From: Gemmatimonadota bacterium
GTDB taxonomy: Bacteria; Gemmatimonadota; Gemmatimonadetes; Palauibacterales; Palauibacteraceae
Assembly (NCBI GenBank): GCA_039586095.1
Contig: JBDHLB010000007.1
Coordinates: 3,941 to 67,940 of the forward strand
Length of the DNA: 64,000 nt
Direction: 5' to 3'
The position numbers and the translations under genes are program-made. Under the pieces are notes generated by a model. That model was not told the origin of the DNA and did no database searches. It saw nothing but the letters and a program-made list of their open reading frames with translations. Shown here piece after piece: positions 1-8,527 of this stretch; positions within the stretch are counted from its first letter, which is position 1, and every line of letters begins with the position of its first letter.

Positions 1-1119
1 TTCGGTCACATCCACGAAGCGACCGAGGTCATCACGTAGCAATCGGAGGGTGTGTTCTCCCTCGCCGCGTGTCGCCGCGACGATCAGGTCTTCATCGCCG
101 TCACCGTCGAAGTCACCGACGGCGACCGCGGTTCCCCGACCGCCGGTCGGAGGCGCGAGCGCTCCGACCGGGACCGTGTCCAACGCCGCGGTCGAAGTGG
201 CATCGGAGTACCGAAGGGTCGAGAGCACGAACTCCTGCTCCTGAATCTGGAGGGAGAATTCGTGGCTGAAGGTGAGGCCCAACAGACCGACGATCTCCTC
301 CGGCGGGCCGCGCAGTTCCTGAGCCGCCGCCTGAAACGGTGTCGTGACCTCGAAGTACGCACCGAATCGAGACAGGCTCGTTCGCGCTCCGGCCAGGTCT
401 CCGCTTCGGCCCCGGTCGATCGCCTCTTCCAGAGACTCCGCTGCCGCCTCTGGAAAACCGGGTGCCTGCTGGCGCAGAGCCTCGAGCTGCTCGATCGCCG
501 GATCCGCCCTGCCGGCCGAGAGAAGACTGCGGGCCAGCTCGAGTCGCACGGCCAGGTTGGCGGGAGCCAGTTCGATGGCCCGTTCGAGGTAGCCCCGCCG
601 TTCAGAGGCGCCCTCCTCGCCGCGATGACGTTCGACATGGGTCGCGAGCGCGTAGAGCGTGCGCAGGTGTTCCGGCTCGGCAGCCAGAGAAGTCTCCAAC
701 GTGACACGAGCCGAATCCGGCTGCCCTTCGAGCTCGAAGACGCGGGCGAGGATGAGCGCCACATCCGGGTCGGTCGGTGCCAGCTCGAGCGCTCGCCGAA
801 CCTCGCGTTCCGCATCTTCCACTCGTCCCGCACGCAAGTGCACAAGCGCCAGGTTCGCGTATCCCGCGGCCTCATCGGGCACAAGGTCGATGAGACGGGT
901 GAACTCCGCCTCGGCTTCCTCGAGCCGATCCTGCTGCAGGAACGTGAGGCCGTTCGTCCGGGCCAGAAGCGCCTCACCGGCCGCGGCGCGGACTCCCTCG
1001 TCCGCCTGTCGCTCCCCACACGCCACGGCTGTCAGCGACAGCACGACCACGGAGACCGGCAGGCGCCACCCGCGTAGACGGGATCGTGTGCGCACCGTGC
1101 AGCGAATCCGACGACCCAT
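1..1119 (-). CDS. N-terminal part of a TPR-repeat plus FG-GAP/ASPIC-UnbV (CRTAC1-like) lipoprotein; gene runs off the window start
   Basis: The minus-strand frame is absent from the ORF track because it has no stop inside the window. A manual translation from the ATG at 1119..1117 gives MGRRIRCTVRTRSRLRGWRLPVSVVVLSLTAVACGE... (signal peptide plus lipobox Cys). TPR-like helical repeats follow, then a VGDFDGDGDEDLIVA FG-GAP motif. The start ATG overlaps the upstream gene's TGA (ATGA). Confidence 0.7.
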   Translation of the reverse strand, partial: MGRRIRCTVRTRSRLRGWRLPVSVVVLSLTAVACGERQADEGVRAAAGEALLARTNGLTFLQQDRLEEAEAEFTRLIDLVPDEAAGYANLALVHLRAGRVEDAEREVRRALELAPTDPDVALILARVFELEGQPDSARVTLETSLAAEPEHLRTLYALATHVERHRGEEGASERRGYLERAIELAPANLAVRLELARSLLSAGRADPAIEQLEALRQQAPGFPEAAAESLEEAIDRGRSGDLAGARTSLSRFGAYFEVTTPFQAAAQELRGPPEEIVGLLGLTFSHEFSLQIQEQEFVLSTLRYSDATSTAALDTVPVGALAPPTGGRGTAVAVGDFDGDGDEDLIVAATRGEGEHTLRLLRDDLGRFVDVTE

Positions 1120-2957
1120 CACTCCTCCTCTTGTCCACCCCTTCCAGAAGTCCCCTCGCCCTCGCGCAGGTCGAGTGTGGTCCCCGAAGGCACCGAGCCA
1201 TACAGCTCCTCGAGACCTGACGTCGGCCATCGCACGCGCACGCTGTCGGCCGAATCCAGGCTGCCGAGTCCGAACAACAGCGGGTTCGATTCCGACTGCG
1301 ACAGGTAGGAGGAGCCGGCGCGGACCATTCGGCGCTGGACGAGATCGCCGGCATAGACGGTCACGACCGCGCCGACGGCCGATCGATTCGGCGGCCGGGC
1401 GACGAGCTTCACCCGTATCCACGCCGCAGTTCGGGACGGCAGATCGTTCCGCAGCAGGCGGGGTCGCCCACCGTTCGCCGTGATGATGACATCCAGATCG
1501 CCGTCGCGATCGTAATCCGCGGTCGCGATGCCGCGGCCTACCATCGGCTCCTGGAACGACTCCCCCACCACGTCGCTCACGTCCTCGAACTGACCCTGAC
1601 CCGTGTTCTGGAAGAGCTGAGGCCTTTGCGCGAAGGTGACGTCTCGCATGACGGCGTTCACCTCCGGTTCAATGTGTCCGTTTCCGGTCACCAAGTCGAC
1701 ATAGCCGTCAGAATTCAGATCGGCGAACGCGAGCCCGAAGGTGAGGGGAAGAAGAGTCGATCGTGTGATGCGCGCGGAGCCGGCGAGGTCCTGGAACACC
1801 TGTTCGCCGATCTGCGTGTAGAGCGATACCGGCTCGTTGGAGAAGTTGCCGATCGCGATCGAGAGACGTCCCTGCCCTGTCACGTCCGCGACGTCCACAC
1901 CCATTCCGGCACGAGCCCGACCGAACTCGTCGAACGCCACCCCCGCCGCGACGGCGACGTCCGTAAAGGCACCCGTTCCGTCGTTGAGATAGAGGAAGTT
2001 CTGATAGGTATCGTTCGCGACCACGATATCGGGCCACCCGTCCTGGTTGAAATCCTCGACGGCGACGCCGAGTGACTTCCCCTCCGGCCGATAGACCCCG
2101 GCCGTGCGCGTCATGTCCTCGAAGTCCCGCCCGTCGCGATTCCGGTACAGCCGGCAGCTTTCTCCATCGTACTGCTGTGGCGTCGCGTACGACTTGTTCG
2201 TGCCGTCCAGAGTAGTGAACAGGTCGGTCTTCGGAGTCCAGCGCACGTAGTTGCATACGAAGAGGTCCAGCCAGCCGTCTCGATCGGTATCCACCCACGC
2301 CGCACCGGTGGACCAGGACGGTGGATCGCCCGGCATCCCGCTGTTGCCATGTGCTCCGGTCCGCATCGTCACGTCGGTGAAGCGTCCGCCGTCATTGCGG
2401 AGCAGGCGGTTCGTACCGACGGCTGTCAGGTAGAGGTCGGGGTCCCCGTCGGCATCGTAATCGGCTGCCGTGACGCCCATCCCATACAGGGGCAGCGCGA
2501 GACCGGCCTCCTCCGTCACATCCTCGAATCGCCCGTTGCCCAGGTTCCGATAGAGGCGCGAGTAAGGGGTCGCCCCGGTTCCCCGTCGTCCCGGCCATGG
2601 CGCGCCGTTGACCAGCAGAAGATCGGGCCAGCCGTCGGTGTCGTAATCGAAGAACGCCGCCCCGCTGCCCATCGTCTCGGGCATCCATTTCTCGCCGAAG
2701 GCACCGGTCTCGTGGACGAACGTGATGCCCGATGCGGTCGTGACGTCCTCGAAGCGCATGGCCGTCTCGACTTCCCTTCCCGGAAGCGTCGCATACGTGG
2801 GCCGCGCGTACGCGGGTTCGGTCGTCGGCGGCTCTGCATCGTCGCAGCCTGTTGCGAAAGCCGGGAGGAGGGAAAGCAGCACCACCGGGACGGAGACGGC
2901 AACCGGCGACGGGAGTGAGCCCCCCGGGCCGAGCGAGCCATGGAGATCGTTATTCAC
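1119..2957 (-). CDS. ASPIC/UnbV-type FG-GAP repeat lipoprotein (CRTAC1 family)
   Basis: 612-aa ORF with a lipoprotein signal (LLPAFATGC). It carries multiple FG-GAP-like DxDxDG motifs (DYDTDGWPDLLL, DYDADGDPDLYL, DTDRDGWLDLFV, DFNQDGWPDIVV, DLNSDGYVDLV, DYDRDGDLDVII) and a C-terminal UnbV/ASPIC-like region. Its start lies 8 bp inside the upstream cytochrome gene. Confidence 0.8.
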   Translation of the reverse strand: MNNDLHGSLGPGGSLPSPVAVSVPVVLLSLLPAFATGCDDAEPPTTEPAYARPTYATLPGREVETAMRFEDVTTASGITFVHETGAFGEKWMPETMGSGAAFFDYDTDGWPDLLLVNGAPWPGRRGTGATPYSRLYRNLGNGRFEDVTEEAGLALPLYGMGVTAADYDADGDPDLYLTAVGTNRLLRNDGGRFTDVTMRTGAHGNSGMPGDPPSWSTGAAWVDTDRDGWLDLFVCNYVRWTPKTDLFTTLDGTNKSYATPQQYDGESCRLYRNRDGRDFEDMTRTAGVYRPEGKSLGVAVEDFNQDGWPDIVVANDTYQNFLYLNDGTGAFTDVAVAAGVAFDEFGRARAGMGVDVADVTGQGRLSIAIGNFSNEPVSLYTQIGEQVFQDLAGSARITRSTLLPLTFGLAFADLNSDGYVDLVTGNGHIEPEVNAVMRDVTFAQRPQLFQNTGQGQFEDVSDVVGESFQEPMVGRGIATADYDRDGDLDVIITANGGRPRLLRNDLPSRTAAWIRVKLVARPPNRSAVGAVVTVYAGDLVQRRMVRAGSSYLSQSESNPLLFGLGSLDSADSVRVRWPTSGLEELYGSVPSGTTLDLREGEGTSGRGGQEEE

Positions 2958-5940
2958 CGGCGACTCTCTCGAGTCGGTGCGTGTGGATCGGCTGCGCCAT
3001 CAGGTTCACGCCGGGGTGTGCTCGACGGTACGCGCCCGCAACGGCCTGGGCCGCCTCGTCGATGCGGTACCGTTCGTACGCGGCCTCCGCGGCAGCGGCT
3101 TCGACCTCCCGTCCGAGGGCCCGGAGGACCAGCATGCGGTGATAGTGCGCGACTCGATCCTCCGGATCTATCCTCAGGACGCGGTCCAGCGAGACCAGGG
3201 CCTCTTCGTACTGCCGGTGCAGGTACAGCGTGCGGCCGAGATTTCGCCACGCCGCCCGATCCTCGGGGAAAACCTCGAGGACTCTCCGGAACGCGAGAAT
3301 CGCGTCCTCGTACCGTCCGTCTTCCTGCAGCACCTGCCCCCACACCCAGGCGGCACGTGGATCGCCGGGCCGGATGCCCTCTGCCTCTTGGAGAAGGTCG
3401 TATGCGGCATTCAGGTTGCCGTCCCGCAGAGCGGTTCGAGCCATGTTGAGCGGGCCGTCGGTCCGGTCCGGATGCGCGGCACGCACTCGGTCGAACGCAC
3501 GCATTGCGAGCCTCGTGTTGCCTTCGAGAAGCAGCGCGATGCCGTAGTCGTTGTAACGAGTCCAGTCCTCGTCCCTAGCCGCGGCCTTCTTCGCACTCCC
3601 GTCGGTCCCCGTTTCGCCGTCTGTCGACGGATCAGCGAGCGCTCCCGAGGCGATGGCGAACGACGCTTCGCCCGTGGCGATCTCGGTAACGGGGAGGTCC
3701 GGCACGTCCGCGAAGCGCCGGAACCCCTCCGGATTGGCTGCATACGCGAACTCGGTGAACGCGCGGTCGAACTTGCGCCACAGCAGGCGCGCGCGAACGG
3801 TCAGGTTTCCTCCCGCCGCGCGCTCCGGCACGACGAACTCGTAGTGCGCCACGTCTGCCGTTCCCGGGCCGATCACGTTCGAGGCCGCCGTCACGTAGAT
3901 GTCCTGCCCGTTGCGACGCTGGATTCGCCGGCCCTCGCGGTCCAGCAGCACGACACCGTACACGTGCGCGAGCGAGTCCAGGCGCCGGTTCGGGGCGATC
4001 GAGCCGCTCTTCGCGAGGATGCGACCGTCGCCTTCAAGCAGCTCTACCTCGAGCCATCCCTGGTTCGAGTCGTTCGTCCCGCCTGGAAACGTGTGGCCGA
4101 CGGCGCGATTGCGAACAACCACATCCACGACGACCCGCTCGCCTGGCTCCAGAGTCCGCCTCTCGCCATCCAATGCCAGAGGGGTCCGGTCGTCGCCGCG
4201 GCGGATCGCGAACACGTCGACGCTGAGGGCTCCGTCACGCAGGAACCTCTCGGTGTCGCGCAACGTGGCCGAGTCGCCGCGCACGTACGGGAGCGCCGTG
4301 TTCGCGGCCAGAAACCGGTGCGATCGCACGAGCCCGTCTTCGGCTGCCAGATCTCCCCGTGGCGCGGGCTCCAGCGGCATGTGGCAGTCCTGGCAGACGC
4401 GGCGCGATTCCGGCAGGTAGAACGTGCGCGCCGCATTCAGCGAGATGCCGCTGTCATGCCAGTTGTCGTACTCGTCTTGCCCGCGCAGCCAGCGGTACTC
4501 GTTCACCGGCTCGGTCAGACGGACCTTGTGGCAGGTCGCACAGAACTCCGGCTCGCTGTGCAGCGGCTTCAGCAGGCGTCTCTTGTGCACCGTGGGCTTC
4601 GCCTTGAGGGCCATGTCGTGAACGAAGGCCCTCCAGCTGCCGGCGGGTGCGTCCGCGAACAAGTACGGATCATCTCCAGTGTCGTCGATGTTGTAGTTCG
4701 CGTTGCCGGTCCTCCCGTGCAGCCGATCGATGGCATGGCAGGCGAGGCAGGTAAGCCCGGCTTGCGCTTCCCGGCTCACACGATCGATCGCCTTGTCGAT
4801 CAGCCCCGTGAACAGGAGCGCCGGGTCGTGACAGCCCGCGCACCACTTGCTCTTGACGGGGCCCGATTCGAGCGGCGCCTCCGGGTTCGCCTTCTGATGG
4901 AGACGGATCCACTCGTTGGGCGGGCTGCCGTCTGCTCGCAGGCTCCGCACGCTCGCCTCGTAGAACGGATTGTTGAACGACGCGAAGCGGTGAGCCGAGG
5001 CCGACCATTGCTCGACGGTGTCGGGGTGGCAGCGCACACAGCCTTCCGCGCCGATCGGGGCTTCGGAGGCGAAGCCCTCAGTCCGGACCTCGTCGATCGG
5101 GCTCGGCGTCGTCTTGCTGCCGTCGCCCGGTGTGAAAACGCGCGCGGGCACCAGACCGCCCGACGTCGTGGTCGCCGGTGACGGGAAGAAGAGGCTCTGT
5201 GGGGGTACGAAGTCGGCGGCGACAAAGGACGAGTCCGAGAACTCTTCTGGCGACCGATCAGCACCGCTCGGACCCGTTCCAAGGGTCGCATCCAGAGCGA
5301 TCTGCGCCTCCGGCCCCTTCCGCGTATCGTTGCCACCGGCGACGTGCGCGGCCACAAGCAATACGCCCGCGCCAGCGACGGCCAGCGCGTAGCGACCGAT
5401 CGAAGACCGGGCCGGGCGTGCCAGACTGACGAGTCGGTGCGCCAGATAGCCAAGCGGGATAAGCGCGGCGCAGGCAACGTGTAGCCACCAGGCCCACCGG
5501 TTCTCCTGGCTGGCCGCTTCCGTCAGAATGAAAAGCCCCGTGACGACGAGGACGACCGCCACGCCGACGAACAGGGATCCCGTGAGGATCGAGCTACCGT
5601 GGCGACGTCGCCAGACCCGCGGCAGGTGGGCCAGCACAAAGACCAGGACCAACGCCGCGGCAAGGAGTCCGATTCCCGTATGCGCCAGAAGAATGGCCTG
5701 AAACACGCTCGGCAGGGAGGTCGATCCGGCTGCCAACAGCGTCCAGCCCAGCCCGTCCGCCAGCCGATTGAGAAGCAGATAGAGCGCGCTGGCAAGCATG
5801 AAGCCTGCCAGCACCACCGTCACGCGCAGCAACATGCGCACGCGCGGCGGCAGCAGTGAAGGAAGATTCGGCCGGCCGCTGGGTCTCTCAGGCATGATAC
5901 CGTCTACCCGAACCGGAGCGGCCTGTGCGCCAGGCCCCAC
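2950..5940 (-). CDS. membrane-anchored pentaheme c-type cytochrome with C-terminal TPR domain
   Basis: 996-aa ORF. The N-terminal ~230 aa has 5-6 hydrophobic helices. Five CxxCH heme-binding motifs are present (CVRCH, CAGCH, CLACH, CATCH, CQDCH). The C-terminal ~250 aa is TPR-like. The true start may be an internal Met (MPERPSG or MLLRVTV). Confidence 0.75.
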   Translation of the reverse strand: MGPGAQAAPVRVDGIMPERPSGRPNLPSLLPPRVRMLLRVTVVLAGFMLASALYLLLNRLADGLGWTLLAAGSTSLPSVFQAILLAHTGIGLLAAALVLVFVLAHLPRVWRRRHGSSILTGSLFVGVAVVLVVTGLFILTEAASQENRWAWWLHVACAALIPLGYLAHRLVSLARPARSSIGRYALAVAGAGVLLVAAHVAGGNDTRKGPEAQIALDATLGTGPSGADRSPEEFSDSSFVAADFVPPQSLFFPSPATTTSGGLVPARVFTPGDGSKTTPSPIDEVRTEGFASEAPIGAEGCVRCHPDTVEQWSASAHRFASFNNPFYEASVRSLRADGSPPNEWIRLHQKANPEAPLESGPVKSKWCAGCHDPALLFTGLIDKAIDRVSREAQAGLTCLACHAIDRLHGRTGNANYNIDDTGDDPYLFADAPAGSWRAFVHDMALKAKPTVHKRRLLKPLHSEPEFCATCHKVRLTEPVNEYRWLRGQDEYDNWHDSGISLNAARTFYLPESRRVCQDCHMPLEPAPRGDLAAEDGLVRSHRFLAANTALPYVRGDSATLRDTERFLRDGALSVDVFAIRRGDDRTPLALDGERRTLEPGERVVVDVVVRNRAVGHTFPGGTNDSNQGWLEVELLEGDGRILAKSGSIAPNRRLDSLAHVYGVVLLDREGRRIQRRNGQDIYVTAASNVIGPGTADVAHYEFVVPERAAGGNLTVRARLLWRKFDRAFTEFAYAANPEGFRRFADVPDLPVTEIATGEASFAIASGALADPSTDGETGTDGSAKKAAARDEDWTRYNDYGIALLLEGNTRLAMRAFDRVRAAHPDRTDGPLNMARTALRDGNLNAAYDLLQEAEGIRPGDPRAAWVWGQVLQEDGRYEDAILAFRRVLEVFPEDRAAWRNLGRTLYLHRQYEEALVSLDRVLRIDPEDRVAHYHRMLVLRALGREVEAAAAEAAYERYRIDEAAQAVAGAYRRAHPGVNLMAQPIHTHRLERVAGE

Positions 5941-5949
5941 ACCACGAGA

Positions 5950-6498
5950 CTACGAGTCCCCTTCCTCGATGTCGGCGGTCCAGCGTACGTCCACCGCCCC
6001 ACGCAGGGACTGCGCGGTCGGACACTTCGAGGCATGCCTTTCGAGCGCTCGCTCCACCACCTCTCGCGAGCCAGCGGGAATGCGAAGTCGATATCGGACG
6101 TGAATCTCCGTCAGGACCGGTAGCCCGTCGCGAACCTCATTGATGCCTTCCACGTCGGTGACGATGTCGGCGGGGTCGAGCCGGATCTCGCGCACCTCCA
6201 GTGCGCCGTTGAGCGTTCCGAGCATTCACCCGCCGGCCGCCGCCACGAGATAGTCCACCGGCAGAGGCAGGTCCTCGGCCTCGATCCGGTAGTGCTCCTT
6301 GATGATTCCGTGCACGCCCATATCGAAGTTCGTTCCGTCGTCCAGCGTGGCCAGCCTGTGCACGCCGGACACCTTCTCCACTCGGGCCCGTGCCGTGTAG
6401 AACGCGTCCGTCACTTCGCCCCCCTCTTCTCGTGGATGCCATCCCGATGCCGACGCCGCTTGGCCGGCTCGCGTGCAGAATATATGGGGTGCGGGCAT
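5950..6498 (-). CDS. OsmC/Ohr-family peroxiredoxin with an in-frame UGA (candidate selenocysteine) at the peroxidatic-Cys position
   Basis: Two adjacent ORFs (6226..6498 and 5950..6225) share one frame and are separated only by a TGA at 6226..6228. The joined protein reads ...PVDYLVAAAGG-U-MLGTLNGALEV...ERHASKCPTAQSLRG. This aligns with E. coli OsmC motif 1 (LIGAAHAACFSMALSL) and motif 2 (KAGCPVSQVLK), placing the UGA exactly at the first catalytic Cys. A hairpin lies 20 nt downstream. Confidence 0.6.
6190..6206 (-). promoter_or_regulatory. candidate bacterial SECIS hairpin downstream of the in-frame UGA
   Basis: The mRNA sequence 5'-GCGCAC-UGGAG-GUGCGC-3' forms a perfect 6-bp stem with a 5-nt loop containing GG. 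It begins 20 nt 3' of the UGA, so the loop sits about 26-30 nt downstream, within the usual bSECIS window. Confidence 0.4.
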
Positions 6499-6584
6499 GA
6501 ACGGGCATGAAAAAGAGGGACGGCGAACCGTCCCTCTTTCAATGCCTTATTGTGAGCCTGGTGGAGCCCAGGCCGCGTCTGGCC

Positions 6585-7757
6585 CTACTCCTCGGCTTCC
6601 TCCAGCTCGCCGCTGCGGCGCTTGCGCAGTCGCGCGCCTGCGTAACCCGCGAGACCCAGCCCGAACAGTGTCGTGCTGATGGGCTCGGGCACCTCGGTCA
6701 TGGGAGGCTCTTCACCCTGTTCGCCCCAGACGGGATCTTCCCACCCGTCGTCGCCACCCTCGTTGCCGTTGTTGCCGTTGTTGCCGCTGTTCCCGGAATT
6801 GCCGCTGTTCCCGGAATTGCCGCTGTTCCCGGAATTGCCGCTGTTCCCGGAGTTGCCGCTGTTCCCGGAGTTGCCGTTGTTGCCGGAGTTGCCGCTGTTC
6901 CCGGAATTGCCGCTGTTCCCGGAGTTGCCGCTGTTCCCGGAGTTGCCGTTGTTGCCGGAGTTGCCGCTGTTCCCGGAGTTGCCGCTGTTCCCGGAATTGC
7001 CGCTGTTCCCGGAGTTTCCGCTGTCGCCACCTTCCTCGTTGCCCCCGGTGGTACCGCCCTCGTTTCCACCCTGCGAGCCGCCCTGATTGCCGCCTGCATC
7101 GCCGCCCTCGCTGCCGCCACCGCTGGTCTCGGTGCCGCCTTCGCTTCCTTCATCCTCTGGGAAGCTCCGCACGACTTCCGGCTCATCCCCGCCGGGGAGG
7201 GCGACGGCCACCGCCGTGGGAACGGCAAGCAGGAACAGCGCAGCCACAGGAGCATCTCGATCGCACTCCTCGTCCCGCTCCGCCCGGTCGGAGCCGCTCG
7301 GGTCGTCCAGACCCGGGCGGTCTTCGTCGCACTGGACAAGGCCGGGATCCAGGGCAACAGCCGCGATGCCGTCCAGCCACTCCTCGGTCACATCGACGCA
7401 CCCGATGCCCGATTCCGGCTGGCATGTCATTCCTGAGGCGCTCAGAAGAACCTGAACATCCGCCGTTGGCCGTGCGGCGCTCGCGGCATCCGTGGACGCC
7501 GTCGGCATCGCCCGATCACGCGAAGCCTCCAGCCCGGTCGCGTTCGGCACGAATATCGACAGCTTCTCGCCGACGACGTCCACCTCGACACTGGCACAAC
7601 TCTCGTTCCAACCGCCCTGACACGCTGACTCAGAGGCGACAGCACTGCCGGCGCCTACGACCAACAACCAGGCAGAGCCGCCGGTGAGGAGCAGCATCCC
7701 GAGCATCGCGAGGCCCAGATAGGCCTGACGTCTCGATCGCGACCAAACCGTACTCAT
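6585..7757 (-). CDS. secreted PEP-CTERM-anchored protein with Gly/Asn/Ser low-complexity repeat
   Basis: N-terminal signal peptide (LAMLGMLLLTGGSAWLLVVGAGSAVA) and a Cys-rich N-terminal domain. A long (GNS)n tract follows. The C-terminus has VPEP, a hydrophobic helix and RKRRS, which is a PEP-CTERM sorting signal. Confidence 0.7.
   Translation of the reverse strand: MSTVWSRSRRQAYLGLAMLGMLLLTGGSAWLLVVGAGSAVASESACQGGWNESCASVEVDVVGEKLSIFVPNATGLEASRDRAMPTASTDAASAARPTADVQVLLSASGMTCQPESGIGCVDVTEEWLDGIAAVALDPGLVQCDEDRPGLDDPSGSDRAERDEECDRDAPVAALFLLAVPTAVAVALPGGDEPEVVRSFPEDEGSEGGTETSGGGSEGGDAGGNQGGSQGGNEGGTTGGNEEGGDSGNSGNSGNSGNSGNSGNSGNSGNNGNSGNSGNSGNSGNSGNSGNSGNNGNSGNSGNSGNSGNSGNSGNSGNSGNSGNSGNNGNNGNEGGDDGWEDPVWGEQGEEPPMTEVPEPISTTLFGLGLAGYAGARLRKRRSGELEEAEE
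6762..7032. repeat. about 15 near-perfect copies of an 18-bp tandem repeat (ggaRttgccgYtgttccc) with a 72-bp higher-order periodicity, encoding (GNSGNS)n
   Basis: Directly visible in the sequence between 6762 and 7032. The units differ only at 1-2 wobble or Asn/Ser positions. Confidence 0.85.
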
Positions 7758-8065
7758 GATGGTCCCTTATCTCGATTCGGTGGACGCTGGCGCTCACCAG
7801 CCCGCTGCCTTGACCTACTCCCGCACTCACTACGACCGTATGCAAGTTTGGGGCACAAAGCTCAAGGTCGTGTAATCCGTTTTGCGGCAACCAAATAGCG
7901 CCTCGGTCGGTGCATCGGGAATGCCGCGATCTGTCGTACTGTCACCACACTGTCTGGGGATCAGACTACAACCCGAGCGGATCGAGCCGAGTGTGGCGAG
8001 GTTGCCGCACCGCGACCAGGCCGCGGCTTGAGACCCTGTTGAAGAGGGCCAGGGATCGTCTATTC

Positions 8066-8509
8066 ATGGCAACCGATTCGACCGACCAGGGGTTCATTCT
8101 GCCGGCCATAGTAGTGGCGCTGACCGTCCTCTACCTGACCGCGGGGGTCGGCTACACGGTGTCCGCACTCGAGGCGCGGATGAGCGAGGCTCAGGCCGCG
8201 AGTGTCCGAGCCTTCTACCTGGCGGACGCCGCCGTGTCTGACGCGCTGGCAACCTTTGGAGACAGCGTCTCGTCGCGCTCGTACGACTTCGGCGAAGGAG
8301 GCGCGTTCGTAGAGGTCTCCACACTCCTCGATGCGCCGGACGGCGTCCGCCTGCTGCGGTTCACGGCTACCGCCCGGGTCGATTTGCGCCGTGGGGGACC
8401 GAGCGTGCGTCGCGTTGAATCGGTGGCGCTCGTGGCGGCAGGCGAAGACTCGACCCCGCCGATGCCCGTAGCAGTGCCGGGTACGTGGCGTGAGAGCATG
8501 GACTGGTGA
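8066..8509 (+). CDS. small membrane-anchored protein, PilX N-terminal-domain-like (hypothetical)
   Basis: ATG at 8066 in the frame of ORF 7910..8509. The N-terminal helix ILPAIVVALTVLYLTAGVGYTVSALEARMSEAQAASVRAFYLADAAV resembles the PilX_N motif (hydrophobic helix, E-x-RM, AF-x-AEAG). The upstream part of the ORF is Arg/Cys-rich junk. Confidence 0.4.
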   Translation: MATDSTDQGFILPAIVVALTVLYLTAGVGYTVSALEARMSEAQAASVRAFYLADAAVSDALATFGDSVSSRSYDFGEGGAFVEVSTLLDAPDGVRLLRFTATARVDLRRGGPSVRRVESVALVAAGEDSTPPMPVAVPGTWRESMDW

Positions 8510-8527
8510 GCGACTCGATCTCCCGGA

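Noticed and set aside
52-1077. 341-aa plus-strand ORF and overlapping 311-aa minus ORF (84..1019)
   Set aside because: Both are Arg-rich with no domain signal. The real gene is the minus-strand TPR-FG-GAP ORF, which is open to the window edge and so was missed by the track.
2722-5181. 819-aa plus-strand ORF
   Set aside because: It is the antisense of the pentaheme cytochrome gene. Its Arg/Val-rich composition is typical of a high-GC shadow ORF.
6762-7032. Regular short repeat array considered as CRISPR
   Set aside because: There are no unique spacers. The units are contiguous, 18 bp long and in-frame coding.
6507-7436. 309-aa plus ORF and the 137-aa (PELPLF)n ORF at 6673..7086
   Set aside because: These are frame artefacts of the 18-bp tandem repeat on the opposite strand. 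The minus-strand PEP-CTERM protein has a signal peptide and a sorting signal.
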